A stretch of DNA of 49,746 nucleotides, filler included, from Sphacelaria rigidula (lineage: Eukaryota), in NCBI GenBank assembly GCA_964200075.2. It is 2 parts of 2 records of this genome, joined end to end, with 100 filler letters (N's around TTAATTAATTAA, not from the genome) between each part and the next. Parts side by side here need not be neighbours in the genome. Positions count along the whole stretch, not along the records: positions 1 to 24,837 come from CAXNAA020000189.1; 1 more part is not named here. The stretch is one strand, 5' to 3'. The notes below the pieces were generated by a model. The model was not told the origin of the DNA and ran no database searches. It saw only the letters and a list, made by a program, of their open reading frames with translations. Shown here piece by piece: positions 12,601-24,837 of this stretch (position 1 is its first letter; each line of letters starts with the position of its first letter). Both the position numbers and the translations under genes were made by a program.

Positions 12601-15600
12601 TGTACCCGATACGATCATTTTTTGACAAAATAATCTTTCGTCCAGGGTACGGTCTAACGTAAATACATATACAACCTTGCAACGCCTGCGGGAGCTTGTT
12701 TAAAAAAACAGACCGTGAAGAATATACCACACCCCCCGAACTTTTCATCTTCAATAATTGCGTTAGACAAGAAATGTACTGCGTAGAATTCAGGTTTTTT
12801 GCAACTGCTGTCGGCCGACAATAGTTGCGGTAGGGCTAAACTCTACGCAGTACATTTCTCTATAGTGTAACTACTGTCGGTATAGGTCTATGCTTTACGC
12901 CGTACATTTTCATATATTGCAACTACCGACCGTAAACTGTACAAGGTGTGAAAAACACACAATAATGATCGACGACTTTCGCCCACCCATCGACGATTCA
13001 CATGTGAGGGTGCGGCTGCGAAAAAAATAACATTGCAATACAATTCGGATTTAGACGTTGTGCACAACTTGCTATTAATATAATAGCGACGCGACGTGAA
13101 CACGTTGCGCGCTATACCTTTTTCCTTCCTTCTAATACACTAGGAATATAGTAAGCGTCGGGGAAATTCCCGCGTTTCAAGCGGAACTAGCTTTCATCTC
13201 CCGGTGGGACGAAATACATGCTGAGGCCGCACGCCCTTTGTAATAGTATATGTGACAAGAAGTCGTTCACCGTCACCTTCGACAAAGGCTGAAGCAATGG
13301 GCACGCACGAAAAAAAAAAGTATCTCGTGTTGCCATGGTTTTTCAAACATCGTGCACTGCGACCAGCGTCAACACTTTTAACAATAATAACCAAGGGTTC
13401 ACGGTCGAGAAAAGTAACAAGCTTTTCTCCTTTCTTCTCTTCTGGGATGAGTGTGCATCTGATACCTCAATCTTTGTAATGAGCCAAGGGCACACGTCAG
13501 GAAGCAAAGACAGCCAACGGCAAACACCGTCGCACAACGACAAACCATGCGGACCAACGAGAAGGCATACTGTAACCTCCAAAACATTCTTTGACGGCAG
13601 CAGGCTCTAGCTTACCCAAGACTCCTCGCCCCTGCCTACGAACAACTCAACAGACCACCCCCAAATCCTCATCACGGCTACACGGTCGCTAATCCGACTC
13701 AGCCTTACCCTCGGCCACCCCCCTCGCCGAATGAATGATGCACCTACCACCACCGTAATCGTACCTCTTTGCTCCGCGGACTCTTGCGCATGCTGGACGG
13801 GTACTCAGGTGATTGCGCATCCTTCCGCTCCGCGCTCTCGTGTGCGACGACGGGCGAACACACTTCCCCCGGCAACTCCTCCTCATCCTCCCGCGTTCCC
13901 TTTCCCACAAACTTAGCGCTCGCGACGTCACTGCGGGCAAGCCTCGCCGAATCTGCCTTGCCAGTTGCCTCTGCCCGCTCGGTCCCTCGACTTCGCCCCT
14001 TCCCCTGGGCCGGCACCACTACCATCGCCGCGTGAACCCCATTCGCAGCAACAATCTTCGGAGCGGCGGCCTGTAGCTCGTCCACGAGCATCCCCTGCCG
14101 TTCCTGGACATTATCGCTGCCTCGCCACCCGCGATCGTCCGGCGGTTTATCTTCGCGTTGAGGCAACTCGGGCTTACCGGCAGATTTGCTCGCGGCGACG
14201 GCAGCACTAGCAAGGGCCGTCGGTTGCTGCTTTAGATCCTTGCTCTTCTTCAGCTGCGGGCGAGGGCATGCATACGCGCAAGGAGAGTATCCGCGCTCAG
14301 GTGGCGAAACCGTGCATGGGGTGCGGGGCACACAAAATCATAAAAAACCAAGTCCGGGTGGAAACCGATATCTTTCATATACACTTTTCTCCATTTTTTT
14401 TTGCAGTGTACCGCCATGGTTGGTACCTCTCCCCTCCTCGGGACGAATCCGTAGTCTCGAGGGATCGAACCAGCCGCCCACCTGTGCATTGCTAACATTT
14501 GATGTCACGCATTGGATCAGCACTCTTACGGCCTCGATTATCGTCAACTTTAAAATGCCACTCACATCGTCACAAGCCGACGACAGAAAGTAGACAATCT
14601 TTGCAAAAAAGTTGCTCACGGTGAAATACGCGAACTGCGTCGAGCCTCGAACAGCATACTTTTTAGTACACATGTTTCGGGTCTTGACTGTCACGGTCGT
14701 CGTACCATCACCAGACCCACACACACACACACAAGCACATGTCATCATTATCATATCATCACTCATCAATCAATATCACCAATATCATCACCCAAAGCCG
14801 TTCGCACACTCGCCGAACGCACGCCCATACGCCACACGGAGCGACCAATGACACATCTTCATCTGACGCCAAACACACCTGGTTGGGCCTCTGTGATCTT
14901 CGCTCCTCCTCCTCGCCTCGTCCGTCACTCCGCTGTGTGTGAACACCCCCATTCCGCCCATCATCTTTCCCCTTCAACCGCTCAGGGTCAACCCCCTCCC
15001 GCGATCGCTGCCGCTCTCCGTCCCGCACCACCACCGCCTCCCTCTTCGACTTGGCCTTCACTTTATCTCGTTTGAACCCGGAAGCCGCAGACTTTCCACC
15101 CCGTCCCGTTCGGCCTCTCGCCGCAGCTCGCGCCGCGGCTTTTGTATCAGAGGCGGCGCTCTCAGACGAGCTCGAAGACCCGTCCGATGATTCAGAGCTA
15201 GAGGACTCAGAGGACGACCCGCCCTGCGCCGAAGCCTCCGCTTGGGGTTTCGCCCGCCGCCCGCTCGCCGCCGTCGCGCCTGCGCGTTTGGTGTTTGTCT
15301 CGCCGCCGCCGCCGCCGCCACCGCCCCCGCTGCTGCAACGTCCGTGCCCTTTGTTTTTCTGTTGCTGTTGCGGCTGTTGCTGAGACGCTGACTTGCGGCG
15401 CGGGCTCAAGCGCAGGTTGGCTCGTGCGTTACTTTTGATACCCAAGGAATGATCGTCAAGTTCTTCTTCCTCCGACGATTCGGCAGCTCCGGCTTCGCTC
15501 ATACTTTCTCCGCCGGTGGGGGTGACGTTTCCTGATACGTGTGCATGTGTCCGTACGTGTTTCGGGTTTTCCAACGGTGGTGAAGAAACGCAGAGAAATG

Positions 15601-18600
15601 AAATAAAATTAATGTTGGCGGACATAGCACCGGTCTTGTCACTTGTACAAAAAGATCTCATCTCTTCCCAATCATGCGGGGGAGCGGCACGGCAGCGTGC
15701 ACATGTCCTACAAAATTTGATGGATTTGGAAAATGACGCAGACTTGTAGAAATCCCTTTTTTTTTTTCTGATCATCGGCCCGCTTTCATTTAAAACACCA
15801 TGTACAAATCACCCGTTGAAACAAACTGACCGACCGCGAGCACTCACCACCTTCCGTTGCTGTGGAACTCATAGTTCACATACGTGGACCAGCAGTAACC
15901 TGACTACCATTACCCGCATAGCTCTGACCGAGTAGGCCTTCATAGCCCTGAGCGTAACAAGAGAACTTATCGAGCTGACTGAGTTACGTGCTGGATCACC
16001 GCATTACAAAGTGACTGCTAGGAGCTATCAAACATAAATGCTATGAACGCGAGGAACTTCAAGTGGTCGTCAGGTCATTGAGGTGGTTAAAAACGTCCCA
16101 GACCACGGTTGCTACGCACGTCTTCCATCTACGCGTCTCGCCTGTCTCGACCAACCCGTTCAAGAAACATTCAAGAACCCTTTTAACGTGCGTTGCGGGG
16201 GGAAGCGAGGAAAAACACCACTACGGGAACCTCTGCTGTTTTCGCCCCCATGAGAGTTCGTAGCAAAGTGTTCAAGAGAGATTCTCCTGCACTAATTTCT
16301 GTCGTCCTGGATACCTCTACCCAGACATGCTCGAGACTACCGAAGTATCGCACACGGTACCCGTTGAGGAACCGTAGATGGTTCAAGAACCCCAGAATAG
16401 GTCAGGGGCGAGAGGAGACGACTCTGATTTATGGTGGTATCAATTATGACTCAAGGACTACTTGGGTCAGACTGTTTGCTTGGACTTCATGAGGTCAGGA
16501 CTCACAGCTGAAGAGAGTCTAGCACAACTAGTATTCGATATCTCATGACCTGTTGCCGTCTTGGAACAGGTATTGGTTACCAACCAACAGGCTTGAGGCT
16601 TTGATGGTAGGACTAGATGGCGTTGAAAATATGAGTGCGAATACAATTACTTGGGGGCGTACTCATCATTATGCATGCCATAGTCATCAAACTTTGACCG
16701 GGGGGGGGGGCTTTTCGTACACTCAGAGGGAAGTGGTCCAGCACTTGAACCAGCATATGTCGTGAGCCTCATGACCTCCGGGTAACGCAGTTACAACTAC
16801 ACGAGGGTCCAAACGAGTCAGTCACGACAAGGTTGGGTAGACTCGGCTACTCTGCCCTTCATTTCTAGAGGGTGAATTATACGAGTGAACGTAACCAAGT
16901 AGGAGCTACCGTATCATGTTATGCCGATTCAAACAACCGCTATATCGGGGGGAGGAAAATACATACACGAGTAGCTGTAACGCACTGTACTGTAAACTGT
17001 ACTGTCAAGGAATCTAACGTCTTGTCATGCACGAAATCTTGCACAGGCACCGTCGGTAAGGTACCGTACCGAGAATACCCCCGGTATCCACCGGGGTATC
17101 CCATACCGTGGGGATGAGTTTTGAAAATACCGGATTGTGCGGGTACGGTAGGTATTGAAATCTCGAATACCCTGGTATCGTAGGTATGAGTTTTGAAAAT
17201 ACCGGACTGGGCGGGTACGGTAGGTGTTGAAATCTCGAAATACCCTGGTATCGTAGGTATGAGTTTTGAAAATACCGGATTCCGCAGGTACGGTAGGTAT
17301 GGGGATATCAAAATACCCTGGTATTGTTGGTATCGTGGGTATGATTTTTGAAAATAACCGATTTGGCGGGTACGGTAGGTATTGAAATCTCGAAGTACCC
17401 TGGTATCGTAGGTATGACATTTGAAAATACTGGATTGAACCGGTATCGGTAGGTGATGAGATGTGGCAAATACCGGTACCGGGTACGTGCCTCACCTACG
17501 GTGCCTGTGAAATCTTGTGCTCCAGCATACCGCTAGTACACGCCCGGCCTAATAATCCACTACATGATGTACCGCCATGCACATAATCGCAACATGAACT
17601 CGATACATTGTCGCGGTTCACGCAATGTCAACATCGAAATCAATCTTCTCACGAGAAAGTCACTGAACGGCACTGCACGTCGTAACCTTCCTTCGAAGGA
17701 CGTTGGCAGGAGGACAGCACAGGTTTACACCTATTCTTATGGATCTGGAAAATAAATCTTGTTGAAATTTTTGGCCCTGCCCCGTCGGTTCACGACCGAT
17801 AAGGGGGCTGGGCTAGGCGGATACTGACACCTTGGAATGACTTGCTCTACTCGTTGAGACCGCTCCAGGGGAATGTTGCGTTTTCCGCTGGCCGCAGTTT
17901 TACTCTTGGACAAATTTGCATGTTCGATAACGATCAGTCGAGTGATGACAATTTGTGGTCAAGATCTGGCCAGTATTTTGATCATTAAACCGTTTGTAAT
18001 CGAAAAAGCAAGTTTGGCCCAGAAGTAAAACTGCGGGCAGGGGGAAACGCAAAGATGCTCTGGAACGGTCTCAACAAGTGGAGCAAGCCATCCCAAGGGT
18101 CCATTATCCGAATAATTTTTTTTTCGGGGCGTAAAACGAAGGAGAAGGGCCCAAAAGGTAGTTCTCAACATGATTTTCCAAAGTCACAAGTACTGCCTTC
18201 ACAACAAGACGATAATGTCACTCAGAAAGTCAACCTGCATACCTTTCATTGATGAAAAATGTACACAAGGCCAAGGTTCAACTAGTAGAGTAAGATACCG
18301 ACCCGATATGGCCGCACTGTAGAACCTCGACAACAGTATACCGGATTCAACTCATAAGTGTGATTTGAACATTCTGGGAACGTCGGGGCCCCATCAAACC
18401 ATCATCACACCATTTTTACGAGGGTTTCATTCCGTCAAAGCAAACACCAACTGGTTTAAGGATCGCAACTCTGACGACCTCCGAGCGGACAAAAGAGAAC
18501 GAGCACGAATAGACATCCACAAGCAAGCTCTCTTCGCTAGAGTTGCGCATGAAAAGAAGGCTCCGCTGCTTATTCCGCGAGGCAGTGCTACTATTTCTCG

Positions 18601-21600
18601 CAGCGATAGGGAGAAATTATCCACTCCAGGTGTTCGCGGAGCTGAGCCGAACAACGCATTAATTGTGCACAAACTCGATATTTTTCCCGTCGAAGTTTAC
18701 GTGTTCCGTGACATCAACATAGAAACGAGAGATTTTCCGGGAGGTGCCCCGACTGCAGCCAAACAATGACCACCGGCTGGTTGGCCCATCGCTCCCAATG
18801 TGTTGCTTCTCAAGCCCCTTGCGCATTGATAGGCAATCGCCATTGCATATGACACTTGATATGTGAAATCATCATAAGCATCAGCTAACCTACGTTGGTT
18901 GAGTTGCCTGTTATATTTTCAGAAGCTGCTGACTCGAGTAAAACTGTACCTCACTCACGTACGTCCCCATTTGGGAAATATCTTGCCGTTCGAGATACCC
19001 GATTTCCAGGATTGAGTACCTCAATCCGAAAAAGAAAAGGAAAGAAGCCTACATCCTCGTGCAGGAATTGACGACGTATGGAGCCTCCAGATATGTGTAC
19101 AGCCAGTCATCATCAGACTTCTGACGTTTGTCAAGCGATGCACTATCGCGCGGAGGCTGGGAATTGCAGACATCCAATATGCCGTTACCGCCTACACGAA
19201 GCAGCGACAATCCTGCAAGGGTCGGACAAATGATGATTCGTCTGGAAATTACTTGGCTCTAGTATAATGAGTCGACTCGTGACGAATCAATTCCTAGGCA
19301 TTATTTCAGCGTTGCAACCCAGGTACACATAGCCCAAACACGTGGAATGGCGNNNNNNNNNNGTTTGGGCAATCAGGCCGAAGAAATCGTGAATTTGGTG
19401 ATTTTGAGTCGTGATGATTTGTCCTAACCGTGCAATACTGTACGTCGCAGCACTACGACGTGGTGAGTTTCGCACCCCTTTCAACACAAATCATTTTGTA
19501 CAGCAGAGACAACAAGCGTAAAAAAAATCACACCGCAGCTTGTACAAGTATGGCAAGCATGAATCCAACAAGCGACAGCTAGAACTCGAGGCAGAAGACA
19601 ATATGCCCTGTCGGGACGAGACGAGGGTGATTTGTAAACCATCAATGACAGAATGAGAAGCTCGAATCCAAATATAAGGTGACACAAACTCATGAGTAAC
19701 TCGGAAACAAGCTCCTCGTCAAGGAGATCGGCGAGAAAAGAAAAAGACACCAATTGATGGTGTGTTGGGTAGGGTATTTCTCACGCTGGAGTATTTTGAA
19801 AAATCGAACTCGCGTCAGTACGCAAAAACCTGGGCAAAGCCTCAACATCTTCCTCAACAATAACCAGATATTTGAGAGAATAAATACACGGGCATTAACC
19901 CTGCCTACCACACGAAAGTTGTTCGTGACGGCATGAACAGATCATCGAGCATTTATACATCCACCCACATCAACGGGAGACGTGAGACAGAAATCATGAA
20001 GTCCTTACGGTAGTACAACACTACTGCATTTACCAATGTTCGCACTGACCATCTCGCGCACTCCGCTGTCTCTTCGGGGCACTCCCATTTCTCCGCGGCT
20101 GCCCGACTGGTCGCTTCCGTTGCCCCTGCTTATTATGCCCACGTTTCGAAGCGCCAGGCGTTGGTACAGCCAGCGGCGTTGGCGTCGTCGCCGTCACCGC
20201 CGCCCGCCCTCTGCCGCTTGCTCCAACCCTACCACCTCTCCCGCCCCGCTGCAGCTGCTGCTGCTGCCATCGGTCCTTCCCTCCTCTGGCATCTCTGTCA
20301 CCTCTATCTCGCTCCCGATCGGCAGAATTTTCATCCCATCGCACTTCCTCCTCGTGCTCGTCCTCATCTGACTCTTCTTCCTCCTCTGAGGAGGACACAG
20401 CCTTCCCACTTGTACCGCCCCCGCCCCTACTACCCCGCCGCCGTCTGCTGCCACCATTCTTCCCTCCTGCCTCAGACGCGTTGGAGCCAACCCTACCGCG
20501 ACCGCTGTTGGGCTCGTCGCGCCGTCGGCTGTCGCGGGACTGCACGCGCTTCCTTCTAGGGGGAGGGGAACATGGAGGCTCGGCTTTGACCTGCAGCTTG
20601 GGTCGAGACGTTCCAACGGCGGCGTGGTTGGACGACTTGGTGCCGCTGCTGCCCTGTCGCTCGCGGTCTGCCTCCCTCACCTCGGCCTCGTAGCGCTCGA
20701 GGGTCCTGGGTGCCGTGCGGAGATCTGGTGGGCGCCACGGATAAATGACGACGTCGCTGTCGGGGATCGCAGACACCTCTTGGGTGCCATCGTCGTAGTC
20801 GATAAGTATGACTCCTCTGCGCGGTGTGGGGGTGAGCGTTGATGTGGGGTAGGTGTGACCATGAGACAAACGCGAGATGATATGGCTTCACAGAATGACG
20901 AGGGTTGATAATGGGCGCCCCACGCGCATTCCAGCTATCGAGCGAAAAATAAACATGTGCTCAGAAAAGTTGTCGTCGAGGTGAACTTTGTACTGCTGTC
21001 TGCGATGTCCGGTTCCAGTTCTGGAGTCTATTTTAGTGCGTGCAGTCACAACTTCGGTCGAGATCATTCCACAGATATTGAAATGAGGGAACATGTGCGC
21101 TGTAGCACCCACCGTCCATCTCCGTTTCCGCAAAACTGAAACTCCAGGGGCCACATGAGGAGCAAGGTGTTACCTGCCAGTGTTCGAGACTTCGCCTAAC
21201 ATGGACACCAACTGTCGCCGTGTGGCTTCGAACTATTTTGTACAAAACGATGTACAGGCAGCTAGCACCTGTTGTACACTGTAGAATACGGTTTTCATCT
21301 CGCCCCACCGCCACAGAGAACAGTCAACCGCCCCAAAACTCGAGTCACCAGAATGACATGCACATGTAGAATGCGGGAACCTACTTGTACAGACGAGAGA
21401 AGGAGTACAGACAACACCCATGTACCTACCATACACCCCGAACAGCCACCAGCTTCAGTAGCAGGTGACCTGAATAATATTCCGGCTCCTCATTTGTTTT
21501 TCCACTGCACTTTATTTCTTCCATCTGGTACACAGACGTACTTACTATACACACAAATATGCAACCATGAACGTGAAAGGGCACCCGAATTCCTACAACA

Positions 21601-24102
21601 GTACGTATATATATTTAGTGATGTATTGACAGGTCACCTCGAAAACAAACAAATAAAACGACGCACCTCTGGCTGTCGACCTCCAGCACAACACCCCCAT
21701 ACCAGTGCCCACTGTCGAATTTGACTTTGACCTGAGAACCTTCCTCCGCCTCGTGGGCCGCTCCTATTACGCTTTGTCGGGGGGGTGACACAGGTACCGG
21801 CTCTCGCTTTTCGCGCTTTGATACACATCCCGATAGACGGCGATCAGACGCAGAAGATCGCCCTCTCGTGCTCAGGGGCACAGAATCATCCGAATCGGAA
21901 TCGTCGCTATCGCCGCTATCGGCATCATTAGAGCTATCATTGTCTCCGTGCACATCGCCTTCGCTGCTGCCAATCGATCATGCGTAAAAAAAATCGCACG
22001 TGCACGAACAGCTACAGTTACACACAACGGGTGGCCACGTGTTTTCAATTTTGCTGATTGCAGGACCAATATGAGGAGCATGAGGGTGTACTGAACTGAC
22101 CGTAGGAGGTTTATCACAACATCTACATACCGAACAATTAATTTGTGAGCACCACGAGTACACTGTGCTGTCTGTCCTGTGAGGCAATCAGGAGTGACGA
22201 ATGGGCGGGCGAGAGCGGGAACGGGTGGATAACTTGATCCTCATCATGGACGGTGCACACGAGTGTAAAGATCGAGAAGAGAGTACAAAAGGAAGAGGGT
22301 GGGTTGTCATGGTTGAAGAACGAGGCGGCAGTCGCGGTGCTAACCGCCCAAAAGTGACGCCCGTACTGACTGTTTTGTCCTTTCCCCGCCTACATGAAAT
22401 AAGATGAGGTTGGTCCACAAACTTGAATTTGAAACTGTACCCCGAGCCGCCGGACAATGAGCCAGTTCGGTCAGAAAGTGAAGGTACCACTGACACACCG
22501 CGAGTGAGATTAGCAAGAATAGTGCGCATCCAGCGCGCCTTGTGCCATCGAACATTGCAGACCGGTCCCCCATGGGCAGCAACGCTGGGGCTGTAAAGCA
22601 TTTGTTTTTGATGGCTGATTTGCTCCGAGAGGAACCTTGTTTCTGCGGCGATTTCCAATTCCATGTCTGTCTCACCTTTGGCCGCGTCTACCGTACGCTC
22701 TAGAGCTGCTCCCGCTCGCAGCGCGATGTCGGTCTGTGCCTGAGCTGAAGCTATGTCGATCCGTCAGCATTCCATCGGTATATCGCCTGAATATACATGG
22801 GGTGCGTGTGAAGGAGCGGGAGAGAGGGATAGATATGTAGAGCGTTACGGTTCAAAGAAAAGATTTATTTCGCGAGCAGCGAAGAAGCGGGTGTTTTTTT
22901 TTCAGAAAAAGAAGGCTGTGATGATGCCTTTTTGTAGGAGGCAGAGGATGTACTTGCGTTTCCGTACCAAACATATACGGTGAAAACAATGCACCGATCC
23001 AGAGGAAAAAAAATGAGGAGACCGAACACTTCTAATTTCAACCACTTCGAGGCACCCCCTGGTAAAAGATAGTTCAAGGGACGCCAACGCGATTGCTAGG
23101 CTAAAGCGCATCGCCATCCATGTAGATTCCGGAGCATCATTTCAACAAGGCGGCTAGGTACGACCTCCCTCGGCACCCCACGTGATGGACTGACTCCATT
23201 CGCTACGACGCCGTTGCCCCGTCTTCCGTCATCAACGATTTCGCCGTGCCCCCCGAACCGGTGAAACAATCCACAGACGAAATGCAGGCGCAATGTGCGT
23301 GGATAAACCGAGCGAAGCCGCCGCTCGGTCTCGTGTCACGGACTACAAAAGGGTTACGTTGTGCTGGTCAAATGCCACGAGCGCTGAAGGGGATGAAGCA
23401 TGCCATATGCCCATGAGGGCAGGATTGTTGCGAGAACTAAACACGAGTAGAACGAGAAGGGGGTGTGGGTACAACTTCAGATCACAAACTTCGGATAGAC
23501 AAAACAGTAGAGTCGAGAAGAGTCAAGACAAAACTACGACACGGAACTGAGAACCAAAAACGACTAACAGAGAAAACGCTTTTGCCATGCGAGCTGATGC
23601 GCAGAACGCGAAGGCAGGTTGTATGACGGGGCAAGAACGCAGCATATACCCGCGCCGGTTCAGATGATCCCGCCGCCTCATAATGAAAATATGGCACGAC
23701 GGATAAACGACCCATCCCCACAGGGCAAAACAAGGAGCAAAAAAAACGCCAAACGAAATCGCCAAATATTTGGGGAAGCCCTATGCACCCAAAAACTCAT
23801 CAACCAGCCCCGCGACAATGCACAACTTGACGTCTTAACCCAGTACCAACATCCCGTGAATCAAACGAGCGGAACACTCCTGCCTATACAGAATGGACCC
23901 AGTTGTCTTTCTGCCCCGCCCTCGACCCCTCGTACCCCTTCCCCGACGCCCACCTGTTATGCCTTGCCGAGTGCGATGATGATCCCTCGCCGGTGGCAGC
24001 CCCGCCGCGGCCTCCCCCTCCCCGGTGGGAGCTCTGCCCCAAGGATGGTGGGTTGCGGTCTACATTCAAGGAGGCTTTGAGAGCTCTCCTTAGCGACGTC
24101 AT
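296..24102 (-). CDS. Spliced gene for a large Tudor-like + 3x zf-CW domain protein (putative histone-methyl reader), about 2,900 aa; exons 24102-23954, 22786-22676, 21966-21667, 20816-20050, 15531-14879, 14253-13765, 11324-5794, 4477-4076, 634-296; 3' end uncertain
   Basis: All junctions are GT..AG with consistent phases (2,2,2,1,0,0,2,2). Joining them completes three W-V-x-C-D-x(1-3)-C-x-K/R-W...W-x-C-x-M...C CW motifs and a Tudor-like segment. Confidence 0.85.
4076..4477 (-). CDS. zf-CW gene exon 8: end of CW finger 2 (YCNMAFW...SCDYPEE) and start of CW finger 3 (EWVQCDGCRRWRKL)
   Basis: cgcag acceptor, TG|GTGAGT donor, completes the split Trp codon and the CW motif. Confidence 0.92.
5794..11324 (-). 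CDS. zf-CW gene exon 7 (5,531 nt): T/K/P/A repeat tract, RGG box, CW finger 1, first half of CW finger 2
   Basis: 1833-aa ORF. The ctcag acceptor is 11 codons upstream of the ORF's ATG; donor TG|GTGAGC. Contains DWVQCDNCEKWW...TWHCRMQNW...DC and QWVSCDHVNCGKWRR. Confidence 0.93.
8950..10400 (-). repeat. Coding tandem-repeat tract encoding TKPT-rich units; includes 21-bp (TSKTAAT) units at about 10200-10360 and ~60-bp units at about 9120-9530
   Basis: Repeated gtcttgctggtcgtcgccgcc units and 60-bp periodicity visible in consecutive lines 9301-9480. Confidence 0.9.
12770..12859. repeat. 90-bp intronic palindrome with no loop
   Basis: agaaatgtactgcgtaga (12770-12787) is the exact reverse complement of 12842-12859; the centre is tgtcgg|ccgaca. 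Confidence 0.85.
13765..14253 (-). CDS. zf-CW gene exon 6 (LKKSKDLKQQP...RSKE)
   Basis: cccgcag acceptor, GAG|GTACGA donor, 489 nt, phase 0/0. Confidence 0.8.
14879..15531 (-). CDS. zf-CW gene exon 5 (Ser/Gly/Arg-rich, disordered)
   Basis: atcag acceptor, CAG|GTGTGT donor, lies within ORF 14759-15775. Confidence 0.8.
17042..17509. mobile_element. Non-autonomous DNA transposon (MITE) with ~29-bp imperfect TIRs and 8-bp TSD, hAT-like, carrying an internal ~72-bp tandem array
   Basis: Left end cacaggcaccgtcggtaagg versus right-end reverse complement cacaggcaccgtaggtgagg; AAATCTTG duplicated at 17034-17041 and 17510-17517; about 4.5 copies of gtatgagttttgaaaataccgga...ataccctggtatcgtag. Confidence 0.85.
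17818..18110. repeat. Foldback (long inverted repeat) element, same family as 36204-36653
   Basis: Arms 17818-17919 and 18008-18110 are imperfect reverse complements; shares ggctaggcggat...ggaatgacttgctctactcgttg with about 36283-36329. Confidence 0.8.
20050..20816 (-). CDS. zf-CW gene exon 4, second half of Tudor-like domain (GVILIDYDDGTQE) plus low-complexity region
   Basis: gcgcag acceptor, G|GTCAGT donor (phase 1, matches the exon starting at 15531), 'I.YDDG..E' motif typical of Tudor-like folds. Confidence 0.8.
21667..21966 (-). CDS. zf-CW gene exon 3, first half of Tudor-like domain (EGSQVKVKFDSGHWYGGVVLEVDSQ)
   Basis: CAGCAG tandem acceptor, AG|GTGCGT donor, Tudor/Agenet-like 'G..V.V.F..G.WY.G.V' motif. 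Confidence 0.8.
22676..22786 (-). CDS. zf-CW gene exon 2 (RYTDGMLTDRHSFSSG...)
   Basis: ttcag acceptor, AG|GTGAGA donor, 111 nt, open in the required phase. Confidence 0.65.
23954..24102 (-). CDS. Probable first coding exon of the zf-CW gene (MTSLRRALKASL...)
   Basis: ATG at 24102, open frame to AG|GTGGGC donor, phase 2 matches the next exon. The start choice is inferred. Confidence 0.6.
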
Positions 24103-24837
24103 GCCATGGAGGGGCAGATATGACGAGAATCACCCTCCCCCTTTCCTCTTTTCCTTCCCTCCCACGCTCTCCCTCTACCTTCCGGTCTCACAAGGTAGGC
24201 GCTGCCGCCGGAACTGGTGTACTAAAAAAAGGGCTGTCCCGGCAGGCGCTATGACGTGCCCAGACGAGAACGAGTCGCAAGAAAAAAAGGCGTACACTGA
24301 TGATAAACGCCGTTTCCCCCTCCCCGCCTGCCTATTTTCCTCGTGTTGTGCGTATTCCACTCCTTCCGCCAAAAAAAAGTATAACGCCGGAGTGTGAAAT
24401 CTTAGCGGCGGCTCTGTGCTAGTTAGTAGGGGCTGGCTGTATGGGCTCAGAAGGGTTGATCGAATGATGTTTTTAGAGAGATAAAATCTACGACGAACGC
24501 ACGGACAACAGTGGTGTGGTTTTACCTTCTCAGACCCGCATAAGAAACGCCTACGTTGGCAGATGGTCCAGTTTCCGCCAGCCCAAGCGTACTGCAACAT
24601 AATACAATCAGCGTCACAGTTGTCACAGCTGTTGTTCAGGTACGTGTACGTGGTAGCAGATTGCGGAGTGTTCGCATGCACTCGGCGATTTCGAGGTGCA
24701 GTAAGGCGTGTGTTTGACTGCACTCCTGTGAGGCTCCGTGGTTGGTCCTCACACTCGCTTGCAGTAAAATGTGCACAGCATCCCTTTCGCTCATGTCATC
24801 CTGCGCAGGCAAACGCTCCAACAGCATGATGAAGAGC

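Noticed and set aside
17110..17450. Regular ~72-bp repeats that could suggest a CRISPR array
   Set aside because: Units are contiguous without unique spacers, lie inside a TIR/TSD element, and the context is eukaryotic with no cas genes.
18365..19300. Protein-like but stop-riddled frames in the large intron (similar stretches at 46300-47100 and 950-1500)
   Set aside because: No recognisable motif, so they cannot be called pseudogenes without a database search.
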